Origin: Chitinophagaceae bacterium
GTDB taxonomy: Bacteria > Bacteroidota > Bacteroidia > Chitinophagales > Chitinophagaceae
Length of the DNA: 64,000 nucleotides
Direction of reading: 5' to 3'
NCBI GenBank assembly: GCA_027486835.1
Contig: JAIXOJ010000031.1
Location: 23,937 to 87,936 of the forward strand
How positions within the stretch are numbered: the first letter of the stretch is position 1; each line of letters opens with the position of its first letter. The notes below the pieces were generated by a model that ran no database searches, was not told the DNA's origin, and saw only the letters and a list, made by a program, of their open reading frames with translations. Positions 1 through 9,426 of the stretch are shown in pieces. A program made the position numbers and the translations under genes.

Positions 1-3000
1 CAACTGCTGGTATTTCAGCATCTGCAGCATCTGGCCCAATTCAAACAACTACTAGAACCTACAACGCTGCTACTACTACATTCAGCTATGAAGGCATTGC
101 AGCCCAATCAACTGGTGATGGTTTAGCATCAAGTGTTTATGGATTAACAATAAATAATAGTACGGGTCTTACCCTTACCAATGATGTTACTACAACAGGT
201 AAATTTACCCTTACCAGTGGTACTTTAACTTCTACCAGTGCCAATTTACTTACGATTGGAAGTGCTGCTACCATTACTGGTGGCTCCTCAGCATCTTTTG
301 TAAGCGGGCCAATGCAACATACAGTTACTGGCACTACCGCTTCGGCTAAACTATTTCCAATAGGAAAAAGCACAGCCTACAGTCCAGTAACATTAACTGC
401 TACGCAAGCATCCGCTACTTCTACTACCTATAAAGCTGAAGCATTTTTAGGTGGCTCTACTCCATCACATACTTTACCTGCTGAGTTATCTGTAGTATCT
501 GCGAATAGGTATTATTCTTTGTCTTCAAGTGCCAATAACTTATCAGCAGCTTCTATCACATTGGGTTATGATGCGAATGACTTAGGTAGTAGCATTTTAA
601 CTACAACTACATCAGCCAATATGCGTATAGCTCGTGGAAGCGGTACATGGGTTGATCTTGGTGGTGTAGGCACTGCACCTACTACAGGATCTATCACTTC
701 TACCAATAATTTCACTTCACTGGGAGACTTTGCCATAGCAAATGCTATTGTATTGGGTACCCCACCAAACTTGACTGCTGCAGTTGGTGCTACCGTATCA
801 GCCAATTACAACATCACATTTACCGATGATTTAGCATGGAGAAACGCCATTACCTCAGTTGTCTATGGTTCAACTACATTAACGCCTTCTACTGATTATA
901 CTATTGCTAGTGGTGTAATAACCATTAAGCCGAACGGAGCAGCAGGTGCTGCTTTAAGAACAGCAGGCTCTATCACCATCACGGTTAATGCTACTAACTA
1001 CGACGACGGAGTAGTAACACAAACTGTGGGTGCCGGTACAGCTACTAAGTTGGTAATCAAAACCCAACCAACCGCCCCTGCATCTAATGGAGCCGCATTG
1101 GCCACACAGCCTGCTGTATTTATCCAAGATGCATACAACAATACCACAACTAGTACTGCTGCTGTAACGATAGCAGTAGGTGCAGGTGGATGGACAATCG
1201 GTGGAACTACTACTATTAATGCGGTGAACGGTACGGCTACTTTCTCTGGCATAACTGCTGGAAGTGCTACCGCTGTTACTGGTGCTACCGCATCGATTAC
1301 TTCAGGTTCATTAACAGGATTAACTACTTCTTCATTCAATATCCCTAGTCCGGTTACTTATTACTGGGTTGGTGGTACAGGTGGTGGTGCTTGGAACACT
1401 GCTGTTTGGAGCTTAACCAAAGGTGGCTCGGCTGTTACTGCCTTTACTCCTGCTGCTACGGATGTATTCGTATTTGACGGGTCTAATATTGGTGCAGGAG
1501 CAACTGGTACTATCACTACCACAGGAGGTGCTTCTACTACTACTGTGGGAAGAATCGTATTGCAAAACAATGCGAACGTAATCTTTAACCAAACCTCTGC
1601 ACGAACATTCAACATTAGTGGAATGATAGGCACCGATTTGGATATTCCTTTTGGAAGTACATTAACCACTTCTGGTTCAAACACTACACTTATCGCTTTG
1701 GCTGCTGGTGCAACGGCTTCTATCTCTGGTACTTTAAATATTGGTCAAGCAGGTACAGGTACACACCAACTAACTGCTTTAAGTACAGGTGCAATTGTGG
1801 TGAACAGCACTGGTCAAGTAGTTGCCAACGTTACAAGCTCGGTTAGTATTTTCGGTACAGCTACAGATGGTAGTGTCATTTTTACCAATGGTTCAAAATT
1901 AACTAGCACTAAAGCTGGTGATCCATTTGGTGGGGTAGGTAAAAACGTTGTGGTGTTCCAATCTGGAAGCACGTACGAACTACAAAACAATAACCCACTC
2001 AATTTCTCTGGACATACGTTCTCTAATTTTATTTACAATAGTTCTTCATCTAGTGTAGTAACTACTCCTGGTAGTGCAGGAATTATATTTGATAACATCA
2101 CCATTTCTCAAAGGAGTTTCACTATTTCAGAAACAGGAACAGCCACTGTAATTAAAGGAAATGTAACAGTTGCTACCGGCGCCACCTTAATATTCGCACC
2201 AGCTTCTGCTGCAACCGTAACATTTGCTGGAACTGCTGCACAAACCATTACCAACAGCGGTACCTTAACCATCCCAGCATTGCAAACCATTGCCATTAAT
2301 AACAGCTTTGGTGTATCCCTCGGTTCTGCCATTACATCGTCTGGTGCTGTTGTTCTTACAACTGGCAAAGTGAATCTTGGCGCTTTCAACCTAACTGTGG
2401 CATCCATAACAGGAGGTAGTAGTACTGCTTATGTAAATGCTAGCGGTACAGGTAGATTGGCCATTAGCGCCATCACTTCTGCTGCCACAAGGGTATTTCC
2501 TGTGGGAACAGCAACTTCTTACACCCCGTTAACGGTAAGTAGCTTATCAGTAACAAGTACAGTTTCGGTTGGAGTTGCATCTACAATTACAAATGCAGTT
2601 GTTGATGCTACCAAAGTGTTGAATTTGCAGTGGGCTGTATTGGCATCCCCTACAGCTACTGCCACATTGAGCTATCAGTTTAATACCGCAAATAAAGCTT
2701 CTGGATTCTCTTTCAGTACGGCTTGTGACCTTGGTGTTTATACCTCTGCTTATGCAGTTTCTATTTTCACCACTCCTGCTAGTTCAATTCCAACAGGGTC
2801 TAATCCATTCACACTCACCAAATCAGGATTGTCAATTCCTGCATCTGGAACTAACTTGTATGTAATTGGCAATTTGAATGCTATTGCAGTACCTACCACT
2901 ACTACTTGGACTGGTTTTGCTAGTACCGATTGGAACAACTACCTCAACTGGACAGCACATTCACCTGTAAGTGGTGTAGATGCTAGCATTCCTTCAACTA

Positions 3001-4940
3001 GCCGCAAACCAGTTGTTGCTGGTACGCAAACAGTTAAAGCACTTACTGTGAGTAGCGGTGTTACTTTAACCAATAGTGGAACAATAAACGTTACTGGCAA
3101 TTTGTCCAATAATGGTAGCATCTCTGGAACAACCATTTTAAGTGGTACTTCCCTTCAAACAGTTAGCGGTATCGGAACCGTGAGTAACTTAACAGTAAAT
3201 AATACTGCCGGAGCAACCGTTACCAGCGGCAGCAACAAAGTGAACATCACTGGAGTGTTAACACTTCAATTAGGTACGTTAACTACCAATGGTAATGTGG
3301 TGTTGAAATCTAGCAGCATAGCCAATAGTGCCTTAGTAGCCCCGGTTGGTGTAGGTGGTAATTCTGGAATCATCAGCGGTACGGTACAGGTAGAACGCTT
3401 CATTCCTAAAGGATACCGTGCTTGGAGAGACATGGCACCGAGCGTATTTAATGCAGGTAGCATTTTCAACAACTGGCAAGAAGGTGGTAGCTATGCAAAT
3501 ACTGGTTACGGTGTATTTATTACGGGTACCACAGCAGTTACTGCTTCTAATGGAGTGGATGCCACCACTGGTTTAGACCAAACAGTCAATAGCGTAAAAT
3601 CTGCCTATACATTTACAGGTGGCACTTGGAATGCGGTTACCAACACCAAGACTACCAACCTAAATCCTTTCTTAGGATACCGTTTATTGGTTCGTGGCGA
3701 TAGAAGCTACAATATGTACACCACACCAGTTTCCACAGTGGGAACAACAGGGGTGTTACTAATGGTCAATGCTACTGCACTCCGTGCAACAGGTAATTTA
3801 GTTACTGGCAATGTGGTGTTCGCCACCTCTGGTATCACCAACACAGTAGCAGGCGCTACTTACAATAATGCTTCATTCGGATTGAACAGCACTACTGCCA
3901 CTGGTTTTAGTTCAGTAGCCAACCCTTATGTAGCACCATTGGATTGGAAAAACATCTGGGATAACGGACGTGCCACTAACCTTACTGCTGCCTATTATTA
4001 CCTAGACCCAACTATTGGTTCTACAGGTGCTTATGTATCGTATAACGCCTTCTCTGATGCATCCAGCAATGGAGTTGCAGCCACTAGGTACATACAAGCC
4101 GGTCAGGCTTTCTTTGTAGAAAACACTAGCACTTCGCCTAGCTTAACTATAACAGAAGCCGATAAGGCAATGTCAGCTACCAAAACATCGGTGTTTGGCA
4201 ATGCTAGTCGCAGTCGTTTGGCTATTAACTTGATGAAAGCAGACGGAGCTGAAATCAAACAAATGGATGGTGCAACAGTAGTGTTTGATAAGGCGTTTAG
4301 TAATGGCATCAGTAAAGAAGATGCAAGAAAGATGACCAACCCTGGTGAAAATCTAGCCATCAGTCGTGATGGTCAGGCTTTAAGCATTGAAGGTCGTCAA
4401 CCAGCAACTGCTGATGAAAGATTGCCATTGGCCATGAGCCAATTGACCAGCAGCGATTATCAATTATCTATCGATGCTTCTGCCTATAAAACAGACAACC
4501 TTGATGTTTACTTGGTAGATGCTTTCACCAAAAGCGAAACTTTGTTGACCAATGCCATCAACAACATCAGCTTTAATGTAGATGCTTCCAACCAAGCCAC
4601 TTATGCTAACCGTTTCAGCGTAGTATTTAAAGCCGCTTCCAAAGCAGCTACCACAACCACGCCGATTGTTACTAGCGGCATGAGTGTTTACCCTAACCCA
4701 ATGGTAGGTAATAACCTCACTGTTCGTTTGGGAAGTGAAGTAGTTGCAGGAAAGTATGAGGTAAGCATTACTAACAGCCTTGGACAAACCGTAAGTAAAT
4801 CAATCATGCTCCATAGCGGCGTTAATTCCGCAAAAACCATCACAACAGCTAGCAAGCTAGCTGGAGGGGTGTATCAGGTAACTATTACATCTTCCACCAC
4901 CAACCAAGCTATAGCCACCACTAAGCTTGCCGTAGAATAA
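1..4940 (+). CDS. 5'-partial giant T9SS-secreted surface/adhesin-like protein (paralog 1) ending in a type-A Por/T9SS C-terminal sorting domain
   Basis: Frame 3 is open from the window edge (no stop from nt 3 to 312) through 4940. The product is rich in Thr/Gly/Asn/Ser beta-strand repeats. It shares a conserved module (VQVERFIPKGYRAW...NNWQEGG...YLVDAF) and a C-terminal VYPNPMVGNNLTVRL...YQVTI tail with the other three giant ORFs. Confidence 0.85.
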   Translation, partial: TAGISASAASGPIQTTTRTYNAATTTFSYEGIAAQSTGDGLASSVYGLTINNSTGLTLTNDVTTTGKFTLTSGTLTSTSANLLTIGSAATITGGSSASFVSGPMQHTVTGTTASAKLFPIGKSTAYSPVTLTATQASATSTTYKAEAFLGGSTPSHTLPAELSVVSANRYYSLSSSANNLSAASITLGYDANDLGSSILTTTTSANMRIARGSGTWVDLGGVGTAPTTGSITSTNNFTSLGDFAIANAIVLGTPPNLTAAVGATVSANYNITFTDDLAWRNAITSVVYGSTTLTPSTDYTIASGVITIKPNGAAGAALRTAGSITITVNATNYDDGVVTQTVGAGTATKLVIKTQPTAPASNGAALATQPAVFIQDAYNNTTTSTAAVTIAVGAGGWTIGGTTTINAVNGTATFSGITAGSATAVTGATASITSGSLTGLTTSSFNIPSPVTYYWVGGTGGGAWNTAVWSLTKGGSAVTAFTPAATDVFVFDGSNIGAGATGTITTTGGASTTTVGRIVLQNNANVIFNQTSARTFNISGMIGTDLDIPFGSTLTTSGSNTTLIALAAGATASISGTLNIGQAGTGTHQLTALSTGAIVVNSTGQVVANVTSSVSIFGTATDGSVIFTNGSKLTSTKAGDPFGGVGKNVVVFQSGSTYELQNNNPLNFSGHTFSNFIYNSSSSSVVTTPGSAGIIFDNITISQRSFTISETGTATVIKGNVTVATGATLIFAPASAATVTFAGTAAQTITNSGTLTIPALQTIAINNSFGVSLGSAITSSGAVVLTTGKVNLGAFNLTVASITGGSSTAYVNASGTGRLAISAITSAATRVFPVGTATSYTPLTVSSLSVTSTVSVGVASTITNAVVDATKVLNLQWAVLASPTATATLSYQFNTANKASGFSFSTACDLGVYTSAYAVSIFTTPASSIPTGSNPFTLTKSGLSIPASGTNLYVIGNLNAIAVPTTTTWTGFASTDWNNYLNWTAHSPVSGVDASIPSTSRKPVVAGTQTVKALTVSSGVTLTNSGTINVTGNLSNNGSISGTTILSGTSLQTVSGIGTVSNLTVNNTAGATVTSGSNKVNITGVLTLQLGTLTTNGNVVLKSSSIANSALVAPVGVGGNSGIISGTVQVERFIPKGYRAWRDMAPSVFNAGSIFNNWQEGGSYANTGYGVFITGTTAVTASNGVDATTGLDQTVNSVKSAYTFTGGTWNAVTNTKTTNLNPFLGYRLLVRGDRSYNMYTTPVSTVGTTGVLLMVNATALRATGNLVTGNVVFATSGITNTVAGATYNNASFGLNSTTATGFSSVANPYVAPLDWKNIWDNGRATNLTAAYYYLDPTIGSTGAYVSYNAFSDASSNGVAATRYIQAGQAFFVENTSTSPSLTITEADKAMSATKTSVFGNASRSRLAINLMKADGAEIKQMDGATVVFDKAFSNGISKEDARKMTNPGENLAISRDGQALSIEGRQPATADERLPLAMSQLTSSDYQLSIDASAYKTDNLDVYLVDAFTKSETLLTNAINNISFNVDASNQATYANRFSVVFKAASKAATTTTPIVTSGMSVYPNPMVGNNLTVRLGSEVVAGKYEVSITNSLGQTVSKSIMLHSGVNSAKTITTASKLAGGVYQVTITSSTTNQAIATTKLAVE

Positions 4941-4970
4941 TAACGGGGGAGAATAGATACAAAAGAAGAA

Positions 4971-5007
4971 GAAGACTTCGCTCTAGTAGCGGAGTCTTCT
5001 TTTTTTA
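4971..5007 (+). terminator. Rho-independent terminator after giant gene 1
   Basis: Stem gaagacttcgc / gcggagtcttc (one G-U wobble) followed by a T7 run, 30 bp after the stop. Confidence 0.6.
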
Positions 5008-5366
5008 TGGCCTATTGTAAATTGCCAATAGCATCCTAAGAATAGCTATTGACCTTTGGTTTATTATTCCACAACCCAATACGCTTTGGTTAGTAGTAAT
5101 ACTTCATTACATTTTTATCCATAAAATCCTAATCAAGACCTACATCCATTGCTTATCATTTGCCAATTTTTTGGTTTTACCAAAATATACGTTTAGTTTG
5201 GCTCGTTCAGATAAGTTCATTTATTGGATGAAACCATCTTGCTAATAAAAGCATTGTGATTATTTGCAGCACAAAGCTTAGTTTTAATCTGTTTATGTTT
5301 TAATTTAATCTTTTTAGATGCTATTTTAGATAGGGGTTAACCTGTTTTCAACCGTTTTTGTGAATT

Positions 5367-6128
5367 ATGAGAAAATCGCTCTCTTTTTTAATCGTTGAGG
5401 ATCGTGCTGCAGTTGCACAGGATTTAAAAGAAATCTTGTCAGGTGTGGGCTATAGCAGTATCCTCATAACACGTACCGATGTGGAGGCGATGAATATATT
5501 AAGAGCTCAGGAAATAGATTTGGTACTCTGTAACATGAACCTCAATCAAACCAAATCTGGGATCGATTTAGCTAACCAAATCAACAACAACGTAAACATT
5601 CCCTTCATTTTTATTACCTCATTTGAGTCGGAAAGCGCACTTAAACAAGCCAAGGAAAACAGTCACGCTACTTATTTACTAAAACCATACAGCAGAAAAC
5701 AACTTTTAGCGGCCATAGAGTTTGCTATTTTCAATTATAGCCACAAGCAATTGAAGGCACTGCACCCCGAACTGCAAAAAGCCTATCACGAAGACGGCGA
5801 TTTAATCATCAATGGTCACTTATTAATTAAGGAGAATGCCCAGTATATTAAAATTCCTTTGTTAGATATTTGGTGGCTAGAGAGCAACATCAATTACTTA
5901 GAGGTAAAAACAGCGGAGAAGAATTACTTCATTAGGAGTTCCCTTAAAAAGGTGTATGCCCAACTTCCCAAGAATTATTTTGTGAAATGCCATAAGAAAT
6001 TTGTTATTAATACGGAAGCAGTAAATAGTTTCACCAATCATTTTGTTACCATCAGCGGCAACCAAATACCCATAAGTGCCATTAAACTAACCGAAGTATT
6101 AAGGGTAATGGGGTTGAAGCATCGATAA
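5367..6128 (+). CDS. LytTR-family response regulator with an atypical receiver domain (phospho-acceptor Asp replaced by Asn)
   Basis: N-terminal REC-like fold (LIVEDR, conserved T in FIFITSF, K in YLLKP) plus a C-terminal LytTR DNA-binding domain (LLDIWWLESNINYLEVKT...NYFVKCHKKFVIN). The canonical DLVLLD is DLVLCN here. Confidence 0.8.
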   Translation: MRKSLSFLIVEDRAAVAQDLKEILSGVGYSSILITRTDVEAMNILRAQEIDLVLCNMNLNQTKSGIDLANQINNNVNIPFIFITSFESESALKQAKENSHATYLLKPYSRKQLLAAIEFAIFNYSHKQLKALHPELQKAYHEDGDLIINGHLLIKENAQYIKIPLLDIWWLESNINYLEVKTAEKNYFIRSSLKKVYAQLPKNYFVKCHKKFVINTEAVNSFTNHFVTISGNQIPISAIKLTEVLRVMGLKHR

Positions 6129-6221
6129 AAAGATAGGAATTAGCCGTGGTTAATTGCTTTGATGAAGCTTGTTTAACAATAAAAGGTTGAACGTTTTTTG
6201 ATTTATTCGCAAGACAACGTT

Positions 6222-6530
6222 TTAATATTCTAACGGTTCTTGGTCGGTGCTTCTTATCCTTAAAATTCGGATTTCATTTTTGTAAATTCTGTACGCTACC
6301 CGATATCTGTATATTTCAATATAGCGGTAACTACCATCATTGTTCCTCTTATATTTATCTAAACCGTATCGCTCTGGATTAATACGCAAACCATCAATGG
6401 TGTCTAGTATTTTGTCAAGAAAGCTGTTAGCATTTTGAGTGGACTGCTCTTGTATATAATTATAAATGTTCCTTAGTTGTCTTTTCGATGGAGCATTCCA
6501 TAGAATTTCGTATTCAGGCCTTTCTACCAT
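6222..6530 (-). CDS. RelE/ParE-family type II toxin
   Basis: 102 aa with a RelE/ParE-like sequence pattern (ILWNAPSKRQLRNIYNYI...YRYIEIYRYRVAYRIYKNEIRILRI). Its start overlaps the stop of the upstream small gene by 7 bp. Confidence 0.7.
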   Translation of the reverse strand: MVERPEYEILWNAPSKRQLRNIYNYIQEQSTQNANSFLDKILDTIDGLRINPERYGLDKYKRNNDGSYRYIEIYRYRVAYRIYKNEIRILRIRSTDQEPLEY

Positions 6531-6748
6531 TGCTCTGCTTCTTTCCTCAATTCGCTATGTGTAATAAAATTTCCATTGTCATATTCAGCTTCGGATGCCT
6601 CAATTTCTTTGTTGTACTGTTCAATGCTAATGGTTTCTTGAAGGGCTTCCACCTTAGCTTCCAATAATGTGTATATTTCCTGAATTTGTTCATCTACAGC
6701 TTTGTCAATATACTGATGCAAATGCTTTCTAATTAATGCTATTTCCAT
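6524..6748 (-). CDS. Putative addiction-module antitoxin component
   Basis: 74-aa acidic protein (ISIEQYNKEIEASEAEYDNGNFITHSELRKEAEQW) directly upstream of, and overlapping, the RelE/ParE gene. Typical two-gene TA layout. Confidence 0.6.
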   Translation of the reverse strand: MEIALIRKHLHQYIDKAVDEQIQEIYTLLEAKVEALQETISIEQYNKEIEASEAEYDNGNFITHSELRKEAEQW

Positions 6749-7548
6749 TTCTCAACAATTTTGTGGAGGTTCGATTGAAATTATTATAAATTGAGGATGC
6801 AATCAAATGTATCATTAAAGCTAGTACAATCACTACCATTGATTTAAAAAGTTCACCACCATTTGCAGGCAGAAAGTTTCAAAGTAAGATGGCAAAGTCT
6901 AAAAACTAGCAAAAGCAAGCATCTCACTATGATTTTATAATGAAAGCAGAACACAGATAATTCCCCAATCAACAGTTTATAGACAGCCCTTTGGAACGAG
7001 GGTGTTTTTGGTTTTTTAGAGGATTACTCAAAAAATGAGTACATACGCTTAGTTTTTGAGTAAGGATTCATTATCCAATTGTACGGTTACTCTATTCAAG
7101 AGTAACTGTCCATTATTTATTTGTAAGAATGCTCAGTTTATGTGGAGAATTATTCAATAAATGAGGAACTATACAGTTAAAATGAGTAACTTGCCTTGAT
7201 TTTTAAGCAGAAATGTATTGTGGGTTGAAAAAAAGACGTTTAGTAACAGAAAAAATAGATTAACGAATAAAGAAACTGATTATGTTAAACATACTTTCGT
7301 ATAAGACAATAGAAGAAAAAATTGAGCAAATAAATTTTCCATTGTTCATTAATTACAGAATTGAGGACAATAAAACCAATACACATCAATTAGAAAAAAA
7401 ACTAGGGAAAGGAAAGGGCTTTTTTCAGCGCATGTTTAAAAAGTATGACCCATTGGTATCCATATTGGTTATCATGAGTATTGAGTTGCAATATAATTTG
7501 TTTGAACCCTTTTTAAGTTTATTGCCCGAGCCAATACGGCTGACCTGA

Positions 7549-7653
7549 AAAGAAAAGCAATTGCAAGAAGAAATAGCCAACCTAAAGAAGGAGTTGGAAA
7601 ACATGACTGTACAAAGAGATTTGCTGTTGAAAGTGGCTATGAAGGGTGGGTAA
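7549..7653 (+). pseudogene. Possible remnant of an IS3-family transposase OrfA C-terminus (leucine-zipper region)
   Basis: A short ORF translating to KEKQLQEEIANLKKELENMTVQRDLLLKVAMKGG* resembles the heptad-leucine C-terminus of IS3/IS150 OrfA proteins. No intact transposase follows, and the context is AT-rich and gene-poor. Confidence 0.3.
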
Positions 7654-7820
7654 GTAGCAGGTTTTGTGGAGTATTTCAAAATCCTATAAGGTTTCCAAAA
7701 ACCTTATGGGATTAAATAGGACGTAGATGTAAGTTAGTGCGAATACATTTGGGTTGTTTTGCGCAATTAGTTTGCGTAAATTTTTGAGTTGGAAGTAATT
7801 ATAAAGACGACCACAGAACA

Positions 7821-8546
7821 ATGGAAATACTAATTATCATAATTTCTGTAATTTTTTGCTTATTACTACTATCTATACCTTCGGTATTGACATACATATT
7901 GTTTAAGTACCTCAAAAGGAAAGGAGAAACTCAAAGAAAAGTTGGTCTTATAATTTTTGGACTGACAACAATACTTATGATAATTTATTCTGTTGTTTTT
8001 TTCAAAGACGGGGCGGGTTTTGGACCTGAATACAAAACAGTAGAGATAAAACAAGACATTGGCGGGAAACTAATTTGTAACTCAGTTTATAATGCCGACC
8101 TCCATTCTTGGCAATACAATGTTGATTACAAATACATCGACATTGATGGCGACACTTTAGACTTTACAAGTGGTTTCTTTTACGGACAAGAATGGGATGA
8201 AGATGAGCAAATAAAAAAGTATGACAATTGGTTAATTTTAAAAACAAGCTCTTGGAGGGGTTCAGACAGATTGATAATTAAAAATATTCAATCGGACACA
8301 ACAAAAATATTTGACATAGACAGTGAGTTCATAGAAGAGGACAGTTTGTGGGTGGCACAGAAAATTAAATCTTTAAAGAATTATTGTTGTGATGAAAGAT
8401 TTATCTATGAGATAAATGAAAATAAAATTTCAGTGATATATAAGTTCCCAACTGACGAACATTTGACACAAAAATATGGAGAGCGAAAAGTAACATATAC
8501 AATTGACACAAAAACTGGGAATATCAAAATGACGGAAATAAATTAA
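7821..8546 (+). CDS. Hypothetical membrane-anchored protein
   Basis: 241-aa ORF with two N-terminal hydrophobic helices (ILIIIISVIFCLLLLSIPSVL and VGLIIFGLTTILMIIYSVVFF) followed by a soluble domain of unknown family. Confidence 0.5.
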   Translation: MEILIIIISVIFCLLLLSIPSVLTYILFKYLKRKGETQRKVGLIIFGLTTILMIIYSVVFFKDGAGFGPEYKTVEIKQDIGGKLICNSVYNADLHSWQYNVDYKYIDIDGDTLDFTSGFFYGQEWDEDEQIKKYDNWLILKTSSWRGSDRLIIKNIQSDTTKIFDIDSEFIEEDSLWVAQKIKSLKNYCCDERFIYEINENKISVIYKFPTDEHLTQKYGERKVTYTIDTKTGNIKMTEIN

Positions 8547-8751
8547 CTATTCCCAAAAAGGGTTTTGCTACAAATAGGAGATTTGCAAACTTGAAGCTTT
8601 GTGGTTCTAAAATGTTTTGTACGCTGAAACCCGCCCGAATCCAAAGCCTGAAACTTTTAGCTTCAATGCCTTTATAGAATCCAGTGACCTTTACTTGCGG
8701 TTAAACTTGTAGCCGCTGGTTCATATATTCGAATCAATAAAAAATAAAGAA

Positions 8752-9051
8752 ATGGAAGCGATTAAAATAAGTGTAAACAAACAAATGGATGGCTACACAT
8801 TCAGTATTGCACCGTCTATTAGGGAAAAGCTTCGGAGTTGGTTTCCTAATTCGCATCCAGCAAACAACATTTTTGTTTCTTACGACTTAAAAAGTGATTT
8901 TGAGGTCTATTATGGCAAACTTGAAACGTTTATTTATCCAGCATTGCTGGGGGTAGATAACCTATCCGACCTTATTGAAAAGATTAATGAAATCTCATTT
9001 GTAGATACTCAAACAGGTAATGTATTACATACTCATAAGGTAACTGCGTGA
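8752..9051 (+). CDS. Hypothetical protein
   Basis: 99-aa ORF downstream of the membrane protein. No recognisable motifs. Confidence 0.35.
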   Translation: MEAIKISVNKQMDGYTFSIAPSIREKLRSWFPNSHPANNIFVSYDLKSDFEVYYGKLETFIYPALLGVDNLSDLIEKINEISFVDTQTGNVLHTHKVTA

Positions 9052-9084
9052 AGAAAAATTACCACCTTTATTTATTGCATCAAG

Positions 9085-9350
9085 CAATTGCAATTCTGTA
9101 AGTAAGTATCAATAAAATTGACTTGCAATAATGTTTTAGTTGTTTTCAGGCAATGTAAATCGTGCAACTGCTACACTTTTTTCGGCACAGAAGAGTAGTC
9201 CTTATGTCTTTGTAGTCAAGTAGATTAATGAGTTTATATTGACTCAAATACAATTGCAAATACACTGTATTCGCAATTGTATAGGGGGATTAAGCAGCTT
9301 CAAACCACCATTTGCAACATTGGGTTTAACAATTGCACTTTTCAATTGCT
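9085..9350. promoter_or_regulatory. Cluster of 8 CAATTGC/TTGCAA motifs upstream of giant gene 2, including a near-palindrome tacaattgcaaata...tattcgcaattgta
   Basis: Motifs sit at about 9085, 9091, 9124, 9251, 9274, 9313, 9330 and 9344 within 270 bp. That is far above chance for a 6–7-mer. Confidence 0.3.
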
Positions 9351-9426
9351 TACTTTGTGCGTTCGTTAATTGATTGCTAGTTTTTAAACTTCTGTTTGTA
9401 GTCCTTTTTATTGCTAATAGCCATTT

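Noticed and set aside
7282-7679. Overlapping 88-aa (+) and 84-aa (-) ORFs in the AT-rich spacer
   Set aside because: The composition is low-complexity and AT-rich, the two ORFs overlap each other, and neither has motifs. The + strand region partly corresponds to the putative IS OrfA remnant instead.
8620-8730. tRNA-like strings (ttcgaatc / ccgaatcc)
   Set aside because: No cloverleaf can be assembled, as acceptor stem and anticodon arm complementarity are both lacking. No tRNA was called.
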